From contig OY253669.1 in NCBI GenBank assembly GCA_958009085.1, positions 930,001 to 994,000 of the forward strand: a DNA stretch of 64,000 bases. Reading direction: 5' to 3'. Shown here one piece after another: positions 12,522 to 23,894 of the stretch. The notes beneath the pieces were generated by a model, which was not told the origin of the DNA, did not search any database, and saw only the letters and a program-made list of their open reading frames with translations. Both the position numbers and the translations under genes were made by a program. How positions within the stretch are numbered: position 1 is the stretch's first letter; every line of letters begins with the position of its first letter. Origin of the DNA: Protoeuglena noctilucae (Eukaryota).

Positions 12522-12764
12522 CCTCGCGGGGCTGCCCGCGCCGGGGCCTGGTGCGCAAGCGCAAGCTTCCACAGAGAGCCGCGAGAGCCTCTAGAAAAGC
12601 GAAGGCTCTTCACAGACGGGCGCAATCGCTAGTCTGACGAGGCGCTCTGCCCCACCAGGGCCGAGGAGCGCCCGGTCCGACCGGCGGTCGCTTGCCAGCG
12701 CAGCGACAGAGCCTGGCACAGGGGGCCCTCGCGCTTGCCGAGAGCTCCTGCCATCGGGACGCGT

Positions 12765-13780
12765 CTAACTGAAAACAATCTTCTTGCCACGCGACTTGTC
12801 CCGCTGTTCCGCGAGCCCCTCGTACTCGTAGTCGATGCCGGCCTCCTGCGAGCGGTGGGGTAGCAAGCATGGTCAGAAGCCTCGCAGCGGCGGCACACAA
12901 GAATCCACCCATCTGCCAGCTTGCCCTCCCCTCAAGCTGCGAGGGGAACCAGTCGCAGCGCCACGGACCTGCAGCTTGCGCTTCCGCACGTTGTCCTTGT
13001 AGACGAGCTTCCGAATCCGCTCCACCTCCTCCTCCGGCGTCCTGACGCGGTTGTGCTTGTCTGCGCTGATCTTCTGCCACGGGACCTTCTTGAACTTCCT
13101 GCGAAAAGAGGAAACGCCCCCCTTGCTACACGAAGCGTCGCACGGAGACCCCAGACTGGGCTTCCCGGGGGTTGCGGCGCGACCCCGCTCCCCCCACGCA
13201 TGCGGACCTGTTCGCCCCCTTCCACAGGTTCGGGTGCTGCTGGTCCGCGGGCACCACTCGGCACACCAGGCGCTGGCCAAACATCATGTAGTTGTGCATG
13301 GCCTCCGCGGCAATCTCGGCCACCTCGGCACTCGCGAATTCCAAAAACGCATAGCCTTTCGAGTTTCCTGCGGATGGCCGGCAATGTGGCGAGCCTCTCC
13401 CCTTGGCCCGCCGACGGCACGCGAGACTGCCTCGCCGCGACCCCCCTGCGAGCCCCGCTCACCCGTCTTCCTGCTGCGCGAGAGCCGAACCTTGGTGAGC
13501 TTCCCAAACTGACTGAAGTAGGAAATCATGGCGTCCTCGTAGAAACCGTGCGGGATGTGCCTGCGAGCAGCGGAGGAAGGGAAAGCGTCCCTCAGCGCCC
13601 GCTGCCGCCGCCTCGCCAAACACGCGCCAACCTCACGCACCCGATATACACCACCCTGCTCGCCGGACCGGGACCGGCCTCGGCGGACCCCCGCAGCGGC
13701 AGGATATCCTCGCCGCCGCCGGCCGCGCCCTTTTTCCCCATCGCCGGCTCCCGCGAGGCCTTGCGCTGTGTCGTCGGCAT
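12765..13780 (-). CDS. NIFK: Nucleolar RRM protein NOP15/NIFK (60S biogenesis), multi-exon
   Basis: VVYIGHIPHGFYE...YFSQFG...VRLSRSRKTG...GYAFLEF...VAEIAAEAMHNYMMFG...HPNLWKGANRKF; start could also be the ATG at 13741. Confidence 0.92.
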
Positions 13781-14076
13781 GCGCCGCCTTCAGCCAATGT
13801 CGTCAATGCTCCCGTGGACCCGCTGTCTGGCGCTGGGAGCGAGCTGGAAGCCCGCTTGACGAAGACGTCTGCAGACTGGCAGGGCAACCCAGCACTTGGA
13901 ACACGCTCGGGCCCCCTCACTTCCCTCTGCACTCTTTCTTGCCATCACTGCGCCTTCCGGACGGCTGCTGTTGTGTCTGCACCCCTTTTGCTGAGCACGC
14001 CCCGTGTGAGCTTGCCCCGTACGCGAGCCCCGTGGGCCATCGCTCATCGCGCCGCTGCCGAGTGGTCGATCTCGTG

Positions 14077-14876
14077 ATGGCTGCGTCCGCGAGGCGGGTC
14101 GGAGCTGCCGCCCTCGGCGCCTGGAGGCCTGCTCTGCGGGGGGCGGCCGGTGAGATCGCCACCGCCGCGGACTGGCGGCCCTAGCGCCGATGCCGCCGCT
14201 CTGACGCATGTTCTTCCATGCATGGTCTGCAGGGCCCCCGTGCGGGACGGGGAGGGCCGTCGCTGATGTGCCAGGGCCCTCCCTTTCAACGCGGCCCCCG
14301 AGCCAGGAGGGTCTCAAGGAGTTTCTGGACATTATGCCGCAGGAAGGCGAAGAGAAGATCCACACGGGTGAATCCCACGCATGTTGCAGCTCGCTCGACG
14401 GCTGCTGGACCTGTGTGGGGCGCAAGTGTCGTCCCGCGTCCACTGCAGGGCGGGCGTGGTTGGCATCCGAGTTGCGGCTTAAGTCGTTCGACGACTTGCA
14501 TCGCCTGTGGTTCGTTTGCCTCAAGGAGAAGAACAGGTTGCTAGCAAGACGGTGAGGGGCATGGGGAGCAGGGCCCCAGCAGCGTGTGAGCGGTAGAGAT
14601 GGAGTGCCACTGGCTCGTTGCTCTCGCAGGTACTCCTACCAGGCGGCTAACGCGAGGATGCCGGACGCCGACCGGCTGTGGAAGGTGCGGAAGACGATGG
14701 CGAGGATCAAGACGGTGCTGACCGAGCGGGCCCTCACATACCAGGACCCACAGCTTAGGATGGCGCTCAAGGTGAGCTGAAAAACGGCCCTGCAGCTGGG
14801 TCACTCGAAGCGCGTGCCGTCTGTGTTGTCACTCTAACTCCGCCCGCCCTCGCAGCGCGTCATCAACGCCGTGTAG
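14077..14876 (+). CDS. MRPL47: Mitochondrial ribosomal protein uL29m (L47), multi-exon
   Basis: GLKEF...[32 protein letters not shown]...[19 protein letters not shown]; Arg/Ala-rich presequence. Confidence 0.93.
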
Positions 14877-15136
14877 GCGAGGCAAGCTGGAGACGGCAAG
14901 TGGTCGCTAGGCTAGGCCACCGTTGCGTAGCGATGTTTCTTGGGTTGTCAACTCAGTTGAAGTGGTCGTGCAGGCTGCCGCCTGGGCGGCGCATGGCTGG
15001 GTACTAGCCAGGCTAGCCGGGCGGGCCCGTAGCCTCGTCCCGAAATCGCTGTGGTCGGAAGGATGGGGGATGCTGGCTCTCCGTCAACGCGCGGCGGCGG
15101 CCTCGCGCGTGGCCGGGTCCCTAACAATGGCTCGGT

Positions 15137-16553
15137 TTACCAGGGGATGGGGCGGAACTCCTCCTTGTCGTCGCGGCCGAGGCTCTTCTGAGCCTCGATG
15201 AACATGGGGGCGATCGACAGGGCGACGACGGCGGCCGCGGCCTCGTTGCCGACCGAGGACGTGAAGATGTTGTTGTTCCAGGGGTCGGCGATGTGGGCCT
15301 TGAGGCACTCGAGGGGGCCCATGCCGCGCACGGCCGCCTGGGAGCAGAAGCCGATGAACGCCACCATGGCGAGGCGGCCGTTCTTGATCTCCTTCACCTC
15401 CGTCTCGCTGGAGCGCATGCCCGCGGGGTCGAACGACGTGCCGTTGGGGTCCGAGCGCCACTGCGCGCGGAGGAGAGAGTGGGGCGGTGAGGATCCTCAG
15501 GGGGACACCCGCCCGCGTGGGTCAACCAGGGGCGCCAGGGGGTTCCAGGCCCGGTAGTAGTGACGGAGCACAGCCGAGCCGCGCGGAGGTCTCTCGCACC
15601 TTGCGGTAGCGGAGCGACTCGACCACCGCGAAGAAGACGACCTCGATGATGATGAGCGTCTGCAGGTCGAAGCTCCCCGTCGCGCCGGGCTTGGCGCCCG
15701 CCGTCCAGAAGTCACCCGCGCCGATCAGATCGGTGGTGAGGATGCCAGCGACGGCCAGCATGGCCCAGCGGGCGTTCATGCGTTCGGCCTCGCGGTAGTA
15801 CGGCAGGGCCTCCGCGTTCACACCCAGGCGCAGCGGGTCGAACCCGTAGTCGCCGGCCATCTCCCCCTTGAGGTGCTTCGGGGCCACCGCGCCGGGGTAC
15901 CTGCGGGGGCGAAGCGCGGCCGCTGGCGTGAGTGACATCCTGCTGGCTCGGGACCGCTCGAGCCGAGCCCCCGGCTGCCCCCCGCGACGACAGCGACTAG
16001 AAACGAGATATTGGAGCGCAGAAAGGGCCTCCTTGCGATGCCCGGCCCTCCGAGAGCGGCGTCGCGAGCCGGCAAAGATCGGTGCCGGGATCGGTGGGCC
16101 GGGAACGCGCGCCGGGGGACCGATGGGGCGCCGGTCACGCGTGCGCGTCGCGACGTAACCCGCGCGTTGTGCGGACGCGAGGCTGGGCGCCTCCGAGCCC
16201 GTGATTCGGCAAGGGGGGCCCCTGCTTCCCCTCGCATATCTCGCCCCGGGCTCGCGGCCCGGCGCCCCGGACGGGCCGAGGAGCTGCCAAAGGGCGTAAT
16301 CGTAAAAGATCGTCCAGTAAAGGGCGGACGGGGGCCTCGACCCGCAAGGGAGAGGGGCGCCGGATGGCCTCCCTTGCGCAAGGCGATCCCGGCCCGGGGC
16401 AGCGAGTGCGTCGGCCCGGGCAGGCCGCCCTCAGGCTCCGGATCGCGCCACGCCGAGAAGCACTCACCAGGTGGGGCGAGCCTCGGCATGGGCCACGACA
16501 GAGCGGCGGGCCGAGACGGTGGCCACGGGGGCCAGGCGGGCGACGGCAGCCAT
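15137..16553 (-). CDS. LHCA2: Light-harvesting complex I chlorophyll a/b protein, green-algal Lhca2 type (3 exons)
   Basis: RPTWYPGA...[43 protein letters not shown], and the extra C-terminal helix [10 protein letters not shown]...PMFIEA typical of Chlamydomonas-type Lhca2. Confidence 0.88.
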
Positions 16554-16927
16554 GGTGTCAGGGACGTACAGCAGCGCGATTGAAATGCCGTTCTCGCAGT
16601 GGGGGGTCCCGCCCGCCGTCGGATTTGCTCGGCTCCCTGTTCTGACGGGAGGGTTTTCCCCCTGCTTCTCCCGGGGGCTCCGCACCCTCACGGCGCAACT
16701 CTCCCTCGTAAGTTCGTGCGGCAGCAAAGCAGCGTGCGGACCTGCAGCGTGGAAGGAGGACGTGTAGCTTTCCCTGGTGGCTATTGCTCAAACAATCCCC
16801 TGCCCCGCTGGTCACGTGTGTCGCGGACCGAGAGGACGACCGGAGGCCAGACCTGCCCGCCCGGGGTTAGGCGCTTTCAGGGCTGCGCCCGGCTGTCTGG
16901 GGTTACGCGAGAGCTCTGGGGAGGGCC

Positions 16928-18146
16928 ATGGCCGAAGATGACTATTTCGGGTACTTCGCGACCCCCCCACCGCGCTCTCTGCGGCGGGAGGTCATACGGT
17001 GGCTGCAGAGCCTCGACCTAACCCACTCCGTCAGGGATCCCCGGAGGCGAGTCCTGTGGAAGTGGCGACGGGGCCGCGGGCGCTCGCTATGGATTTCCTG
17101 CGCCGACAGGTTGCACCTGAGGAAGCAGCGCGCGACCTCGGAGCTTCCCGGGGTCTCCCGCCGCCGACCTTCCGAGGCGCCCAGTGCATGCTCTGGGCCA
17201 AGCCCTAGCCCGGCTCGCTCCGCCGTAGCGAGGCGCAGTGCATGACGCTGGGAACTTCGTGCGTTGCTTCTTCGCTCGCGCATGCCGCGGGCCAGCCGTG
17301 CGGCCACAGAATACCTCGCGCGCACGCCCAGGGACCTCGCCAACGGCTTTCTGGTCGCGGAGGTGGTCACGCGCTACTTCCCAACAGCGCTGGACATGCA
17401 CTCCTTCACGAACGGCCTGTCAATGGCGACGCGAAGCAACAACTGGGGGCAAATTGTCAAGTTTTTCCTCCGGCGGGCAAGTGCGCCAGCTGGCACGAGC
17501 GCGCCGGGCTCTCTTGGGTGCAGTTGGGGCGCCAGAGAGCATGAGCGTCTCACGCCGTTCGCCGCAGGGCACGCCATTGCCGGACGACCTCGTGGAGGGC
17601 ACGATGGCGATGCACTACGGCGCGGCCCACCAGCTCATGGATCACATGTATGAGGTGAAGGGCCCGGTGGAAGCGTGTCGTGTCAAGAGACACATACCTT
17701 CCGGCAGCCCGTGCTTGGCGCAGGCACGAGGTGTCACGAGGCCGCCTCTTGCCACCCACCCGCAGATGCTGACGACCAAGAAGCTGCCGGAGCTCCCCCA
17801 GCCGAGCGAGACGTCGCAGCCGAACCTGCAGGCGTCGTCGAGCAGCGTGGAGGGTATCCCCGCGAGCCAGGTCTTCCAGTTCGCGAACACGAGGAACGTG
17901 GAGCTGCCGGACATGACCCGCAAGCCCCGGCAGACGCGGTCGCGTGGGCAGGAGGACCTCAAAAGCCAGGCGCCGCAGACGAGGCGGGGGCATCGCAAGG
18001 CGGAGCCCCAGGACGCGAACGCCATGACCGGGGCGGCGCCCATCAGCGCCACGGTGAACGAGGGCATCCCCGTCCAGTTCGGGACCATCAAGCTCGCCCA
18101 CCTGGACAACGTGACCAATTTGCGCAAGGCTGTGGCCCAGCAGTGA
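16928..18146 (+). CDS. SPATA4: SPATA4/SPEF1-family calponin-homology-like (CH_2) protein; two GC-AG introns
   Basis: LRREVIRWLQSLDLTHSVRDPRRDLANGFLVAEVVTRYFP...HSFTNGLS...NNWGQIVKFF. Confidence 0.85.
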
Positions 18147-18349
18147 CCGCGAATGGAAGCCTTTTTGAAGAATGTTCAAGTTTGTTATCACGACCCAAGT
18201 GCATGCAAGCGGAGGGGACGCGACGTGCTACAACCCGATCCCCTACGCCTAGGAAGCATGTCTGAACAAGACAGCTGGAATGAGTAACGAATAGTCGACC
18301 TGCAAACATGGTGCTATCGCGAATAGCGCCCATAGCGCACCAGGACTCC

Positions 18350-21300
18350 CTAGTCCCGGTGGGCGGACATCTCAGGGCTCATCTCCGTCGGCGCCCCCTC
18401 CTGCGTGGGCACCGACCCCGTCTTCGAGGATGACGAGTCGTCTCTCAGCCACGCCTTCCGGAGCCCTTTCCTGTCGCCCTCCCCCTCTGCGGCGTTCGTC
18501 TGTGCCTCCTCCGTGCGGGGGACCGTCAAATCGCGCTCCAGGTCCCCATCAGCCGCGACCTCGACGCCCTCCCGCGCCGACAGGCTCGAAGTGCCCTTGT
18601 CGGGGCCCAGCAGGCCGGTTGACAGGCCCGTCCAGCGGCGCTCGCTGACGTCCCGGCCCTCGCGGTCGCTCTCGGGGATGACCCACCCGGACCCGCCGGC
18701 CCACATCGCGGAATCGGGGCCCGCCGGCGCGGCGGGCGGCGCGGCGCTCGTGCGCACGGGGTGCCCGACGACCTTCTCCGCCAGCTTGGCGAGCCCCGCG
18801 TCGGTGAACTAATCCGTGAGGCCGATGTTCTTGCTGCTCAGGTTGCGCTGGCTCGCCATGCGCTGCATGAGCATGGTCGGCGACATGACCGGGGCCAGCG
18901 GGCGTGCACCCAGCGACGCGTGGCGGCGGTCCGCGCGGGCCGGCAGGGAGCCCACGGGGGCGATGACGCGGTTCGAGGGGACGCGAGTGACACGGGCGAT
19001 GGCCATCGACGCGACCGGCGCCAGGGGCTGCGCGTCCGTGGGGCTCCCCAGGCTGACGATGGGGCCCGGGCTGGTGGACGACATGGGTATGGAGGAGCGG
19101 AAGGAGCCCTTCCGGCTGACCTGCTTGAACAACCTGCGGTGGGAGGAAAGGGAGGAAGCTGGTCAGGTTCGTGGAATGGGTCAAACTCGCGAGGGCCACT
19201 CAACGCCACCCCGCACGCAGCCGCGCTCACTTGCTCTGGCCCGAGAGCTGCCGCCGTCGGTCGGTGGGCGGCGCCGTGACGGCTTTCCGCTGCCGGCGGG
19301 CGTGCATGTCCTGCAGCTGTCGGACCAGCGTGCTGGGGGCACCCTCGATGTGGCTTCGCATGGACGGGCGCTGGGCACCGCCGTCGCTGGGCTCTCCCTG
19401 GCTCGACTCCCCCGGACCGTCCGCGACGCCCGACTTGCGGCCCGTGATCCTCCGCGACCGGGCTGCCGTCGAGTGGCGCGACGGGCGGCTGGGCACCCCG
19501 GCCGACGAGGGCCCCGCCCCCGGCGACAGCGGCGCCCTGTCGTCTCCGTCCGCGGTCGACGCGAGCCGCCGCGCCTGCTTGAACGCAATGTCCGCGGCCG
19601 TCGAGTGCAGCGAGCCCTTGCGGTCCAGCCGGTAGAGGTCACCCGTGTCCTCCTGCTCGGAGCCCTCCTCAAGGACCGCATGGATGAGGGACTGGAGCTC
19701 TGAGAGGCAGCCATCCATGGACACCGACTGCGACAGTAGGAGCACAGGCGTCAGATGAGCGAGGCTGGGGGCGTGGGCGCCATACGGGGTTCCAGTGTGG
19801 CGGGGGCAGGTGAGGCGTCAAATGAGCTGCGCTCGGGGCGTGGGCGCCACACGGGCCCGTGGTATGGCAGGTGCCGCGGTATGCCCAGGGACGCGGCTCA
19901 CCATCCAGGGGTGGCGCTCGAGCTCGGCAACAGTGGGGCGGTCAAAGGGGTCGTACTGGAGGCACTGCGAGCCACAGGGAGCCGGGCCAGGTTGGCAATA
20001 AAGGATCCTGATGAATCTATACTGTGCGCAGGGCACTGTGGCTGTCTGTGCACTTGCACCGGCACTGCGCACCTGGGTGATGAAGTCCCGGCACTCGGGG
20101 GACACGCGGGGCGGAAAGTAGAGGTCGGGGGACTCTTTGCCGAAGGGCACCGTGAAGCGGGCGCTCTCTTGGAACTCCTGCACGAGCGGGGGCACCTGCC
20201 GGCCCACCAGGAGCTCGTAGACAAGGCAGCCGAGCATCCAGATGTCGCAGGCGGGCGTCAGGGTGGCGAAGAGCGCGTCCTCGTCGGCCGTCTGCTTGGC
20301 GCGGCCCTTGCCCCGCGCCCCGGACAGCCCGCGCCCGAGCGACTTGGCCCCGATGCGGTAGCCGGTGCGCCCGCGCGTGAGGGTCGGGAAGAGGCGCGAG
20401 AGGAGGTTGCGCCGGGAGCTGAGGTTCCGCCTCCTTGCGAAGTCGCCCCGGGTGGCCACCGCGTTGAGGATGCGGATCAACTCGGGGGGCGTGTAAGCGA
20501 GCCGGACCTCGAGCACCTGGAAGGGCGGCGGGGTCTCGCCCGCGCGACCCCCGACGACATCCACGGTGACGCCGAAGTTGATGAGGTGCGCGGCGCCGTC
20601 GGTGCTGATGGTGACATTGCTGGGGTAGATGCCGCAGTGGACGAGACCCGAGGCGTGGACTTGGGCCAGGGCCGCGAGGAGCGGCTGCACGATGAAGTGC
20701 GCTACGAAGCCCTGTCCCACGAATGGGCCCCGGACAAAGAGGACGTGCTCGAGCTGGCAGAGGCCCAGGTGGCGCTGCACGATGATGAGGTCGCCCCCGG
20801 CCTCGAACACCGAGAGGGTGTGGAGCACGTTGGGCGCTCCGGTCATGCCAAGGGAGTACTTGACGTCCGCCAACACCGACGCAGGGTACAGCTGCGGCCA
20901 GGGTCGCGGGCGCGCGGTCACGGGAGCGCCAGGCGCAGGTCCGCGGAAGAGTGAGAGTGCCCGGCCGTGACATCGGCGCACCTTGCGCGCTTTGGAGCTG
21001 TACACACGGAGGAGGACCAGGCCGCCCGTGCGGTTGCACACGGCATCAAACATCTCGTAGATGGCCCCGACGGCCCCCGGCTCGCTGCGGTACACCACGC
21101 AGCTGAAGTCAGAGTAGCTCTTCCACACCTCCATTGAGTTGCGGCGCATCAGGGCCAAGAACTCGCTGAGCTGCCTGCGTGCAGGGCAAGAGGAGGTTTG
21201 ACGTCAGCCCGGGCTCGATAACACACGCAAAACACCGGCCGCGGCTGGCAACGGGACGCACGTGGCGGGGTTGGACGGGTAGGCCTGCTGCACGGCATCG

Positions 21301-21552
21301 AACGCCTCCTGGAAGTCGCGGTTGAAGAGCCCCTTCCCCGAGAATGTGTGCCGCGTGTCGGCGTTGAGACAGCTCAGCAGGTCGTCCGCGACCTGCAATT
21401 GCGCGGGTGTCGATGTCAATCCCCACCAGCGGGGCTGTGGGGGCGTGCGAGAGGGCAGCCCAGCAGAGCACGCTCGCCTGGTTGTTGGGCACGACGACCT
21501 GCTCTTGACGGAAGACCTGCCTCCTCCCGTCCGCTTCCACTCCAGCAGCCAT
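18350..21552 (-). CDS. Protein-kinase-fold protein, predicted pseudokinase, with long Ser/Arg-rich tail; in-frame TAG at 18809-18811 may be the actual stop
   Basis: Kinase subdomains in order but degenerate: VLLRVY, HCGIYPSN, LINFG, AYTPPE, DIWMLGCLVYELLVG, ECRDFITQCLQYDPFDRPTVAELERHPW. Confidence 0.85.
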
Positions 21553-22490
21553 GTCCCTGTCCGTCACGCGGCGGCCCAGCAAGTCCTTTCCCGACGCCCC
21601 CTCGTTGCCCTGCCTCTGCGGAGCGGGAGGGCGAAGCGCTGCTTCCGTGGTCTCGCAATGCAAGTCCGTCTATAATACGGCCGTCACGGCAAGTCTCAGG
21701 CAGCCTCGACGCCCCGGCAAGCGCAGCCCACCTTTTCTCGTGTCTGCCTCGCTGCGGTCGCCAGCAGGGTCTGCCGAGCGGACACAACGGGCGGACCGAC
21801 TGGCTGTGGAGCCATCGGTACCCAGGTGGCCGCCGAGACGACCGGCTGCGGCCGACGAACGGGAGACGTGGGTCGTCCAAGGCGCATGCATGCACGGCGG
21901 GCTCCACCTCCCCAGCCTGACCCCCAGACCTACCGCCGGGGCTTGATCGTCAGCATTGCCGCGTCTTACAAACACGTCATTGGCATCGCGGGAGTCGAAG
22001 CCCCCCATGGCCCGCTAGGGCCCCCTCCGCAAGTGCGGCTTGCCGACGCAGACGCCGCGCGAGTGTCGTGCAGTATCCGAAGCTTACAACAGATGCGGGC
22101 ACGCGCTTCTGCTCCGAGACCCGATGGGATATGCGAGAACGAACTCTCTCTCCGCGCTCTCTTCTATTCCGGGCTGGACAGCACGGCGTCGCTGGAACAA
22201 GGTCAGGGGGAGCGCAGTGCGCGGTGGGGGTGGTCGCCTCGAGCGCTGTGGGGCGCGCTGGATGGGGACTAACCCCGCAAGTAATCGCGGGCCTGCGAGC
22301 CCGCCGCCGTCCGCGAGCCGAGCAGCAGAGTGAAGTGACAAACGCAACACTGTTGCGGCGTAACGTTTCAAGCGGCCGCCTCGCCGAGCCGAGGCACTCC
22401 GTCCCGCGCCGCGGCCAGCGACGCGCCGCCCGCGCGCTACCCCGCCACAAGCAGGCCCGGCCCCGCGCGTCCCCCTTGCCCTCACGGCCC

Positions 22491-23759
22491 TCAGCGGTAG
22501 CGGCGCATCTGCTTGGCGTTGTTCCGCTTCCAGGTGGCGCGGCGGGAGGGGCGCGCCTTGGTGTAGCGGTGCCCCTTGCCGTGCAGGCCGCGGTGCTTGC
22601 GGCCGGCCGACGTGAGGCCCCGCAGCTCCCGGTGCTTGTGGACGGGCTTGCAGATCCAGTTGATGGACGGGTCGTTCCGGATGGCGCTGTGGAAGGGGTC
22701 CACCAGGATGATCTCGTAGTACTTGTACGTCGAGTCCTCATTCACCCAGTACGAGTTCAGAACGCGAAGCCCACCCTGCGGGCCGAGGCATCCAGCGGCG
22801 GGTCAAGGACGCGAGGCACGGGTGAAGAGACGAGGCCGAGCATGCGTGCCTCCTGCCGGTGGCTACGCGGTTGCGCCGTCCCGACGCACGCCCGGGCAGC
22901 CCCATCGCACGTAGCCCGCTCGGTCAGCCCTCCACCGTTCTCCTCCTCAACCAAGCGCGCCGCTCACCAGCTTGCGCCCGGCCTTCTCCTCCGCCATCGC
23001 GCGCAGGTTGCGCACGGGCTTGAGCTGCGTCACACCGTGCGTCACGGGCTTGCCGTACGTGATGCCCTTGTTGACCTGCTTCTTCCGGTTGCCACGGCGC
23101 ACGCGGACCCGGTACACGACGAAGCCCTGCTTGGCCTTGTAGCCCAGGCGGTGGGCTTTGTCGGGGCGGGAGGGCTGCGGCAGGCGCACCAGGCCCGGCA
23201 GCTGGCGGTACTCCCAGCTCCTCACGCGGAGGAGGAAGCGGAGCACATCGCTCTGCTTCTTCCTCCACAGCTCCTCCACGTACTGGGAGCAGGGGGCGGG
23301 TGGGACGGCTCGTGAGCTGGGTGGGCCCCTGGAGCCGCGGCGTCCATGCGACCGACAGGTGCCGGACCGTACATGCGTCCACCAACTATCCACGCCCGCG
23401 CGGCAGTGCGGGGGCACGCCAGAGGGGCCGGGCAGGGGGTGGCAAGCTGAGCTGCGCGAGAGCCACGCGACAGGACACGGCGGGATGCCGCGGCCGCTAC
23501 GCCGCGCGAAACAAGTCAGCAAGAAGCGAATGGCCAGGCCGGGCGTCCCAGCGCTGCCCCCCAAGCCGCCCGCGAGGGCCGGCTCGCGGCGGTGGGGACC
23601 CAGGCGCCGCGCCCCCCGCCATCCAAACTTTGCGAGATCTCTAAAAGCGGTCTGGCCGACCGCGCGCCCCCGCTGCCTCCGCACAGGGCCGGGGAGCGTC
23701 GCAGCAGCCGCTAGACCCCCCTCGCCCTCCCTCGCGGACCCCACCTTGTAGGCACCCAT
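22491..23759 (-). CDS. RPL15: 60S ribosomal protein eL15 (3 exons)
   Basis: [26 protein letters not shown]...[15 protein letters not shown]...[16 protein letters not shown]...[13 protein letters not shown]. Confidence 0.99.
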
Positions 23760-23894
23760 TTTCGCGCCGCCTGGTTGCAGGAGAGGACAGGATCAGGGCC
23801 GCGCGGGCGACGGATGAGCGCGGGCCCCGGTCGTTTCCCGACAATTTCTGGCGTCGGACGTGGGCCACGGGCTTTCCACCCCCGGCCTGAGGCG

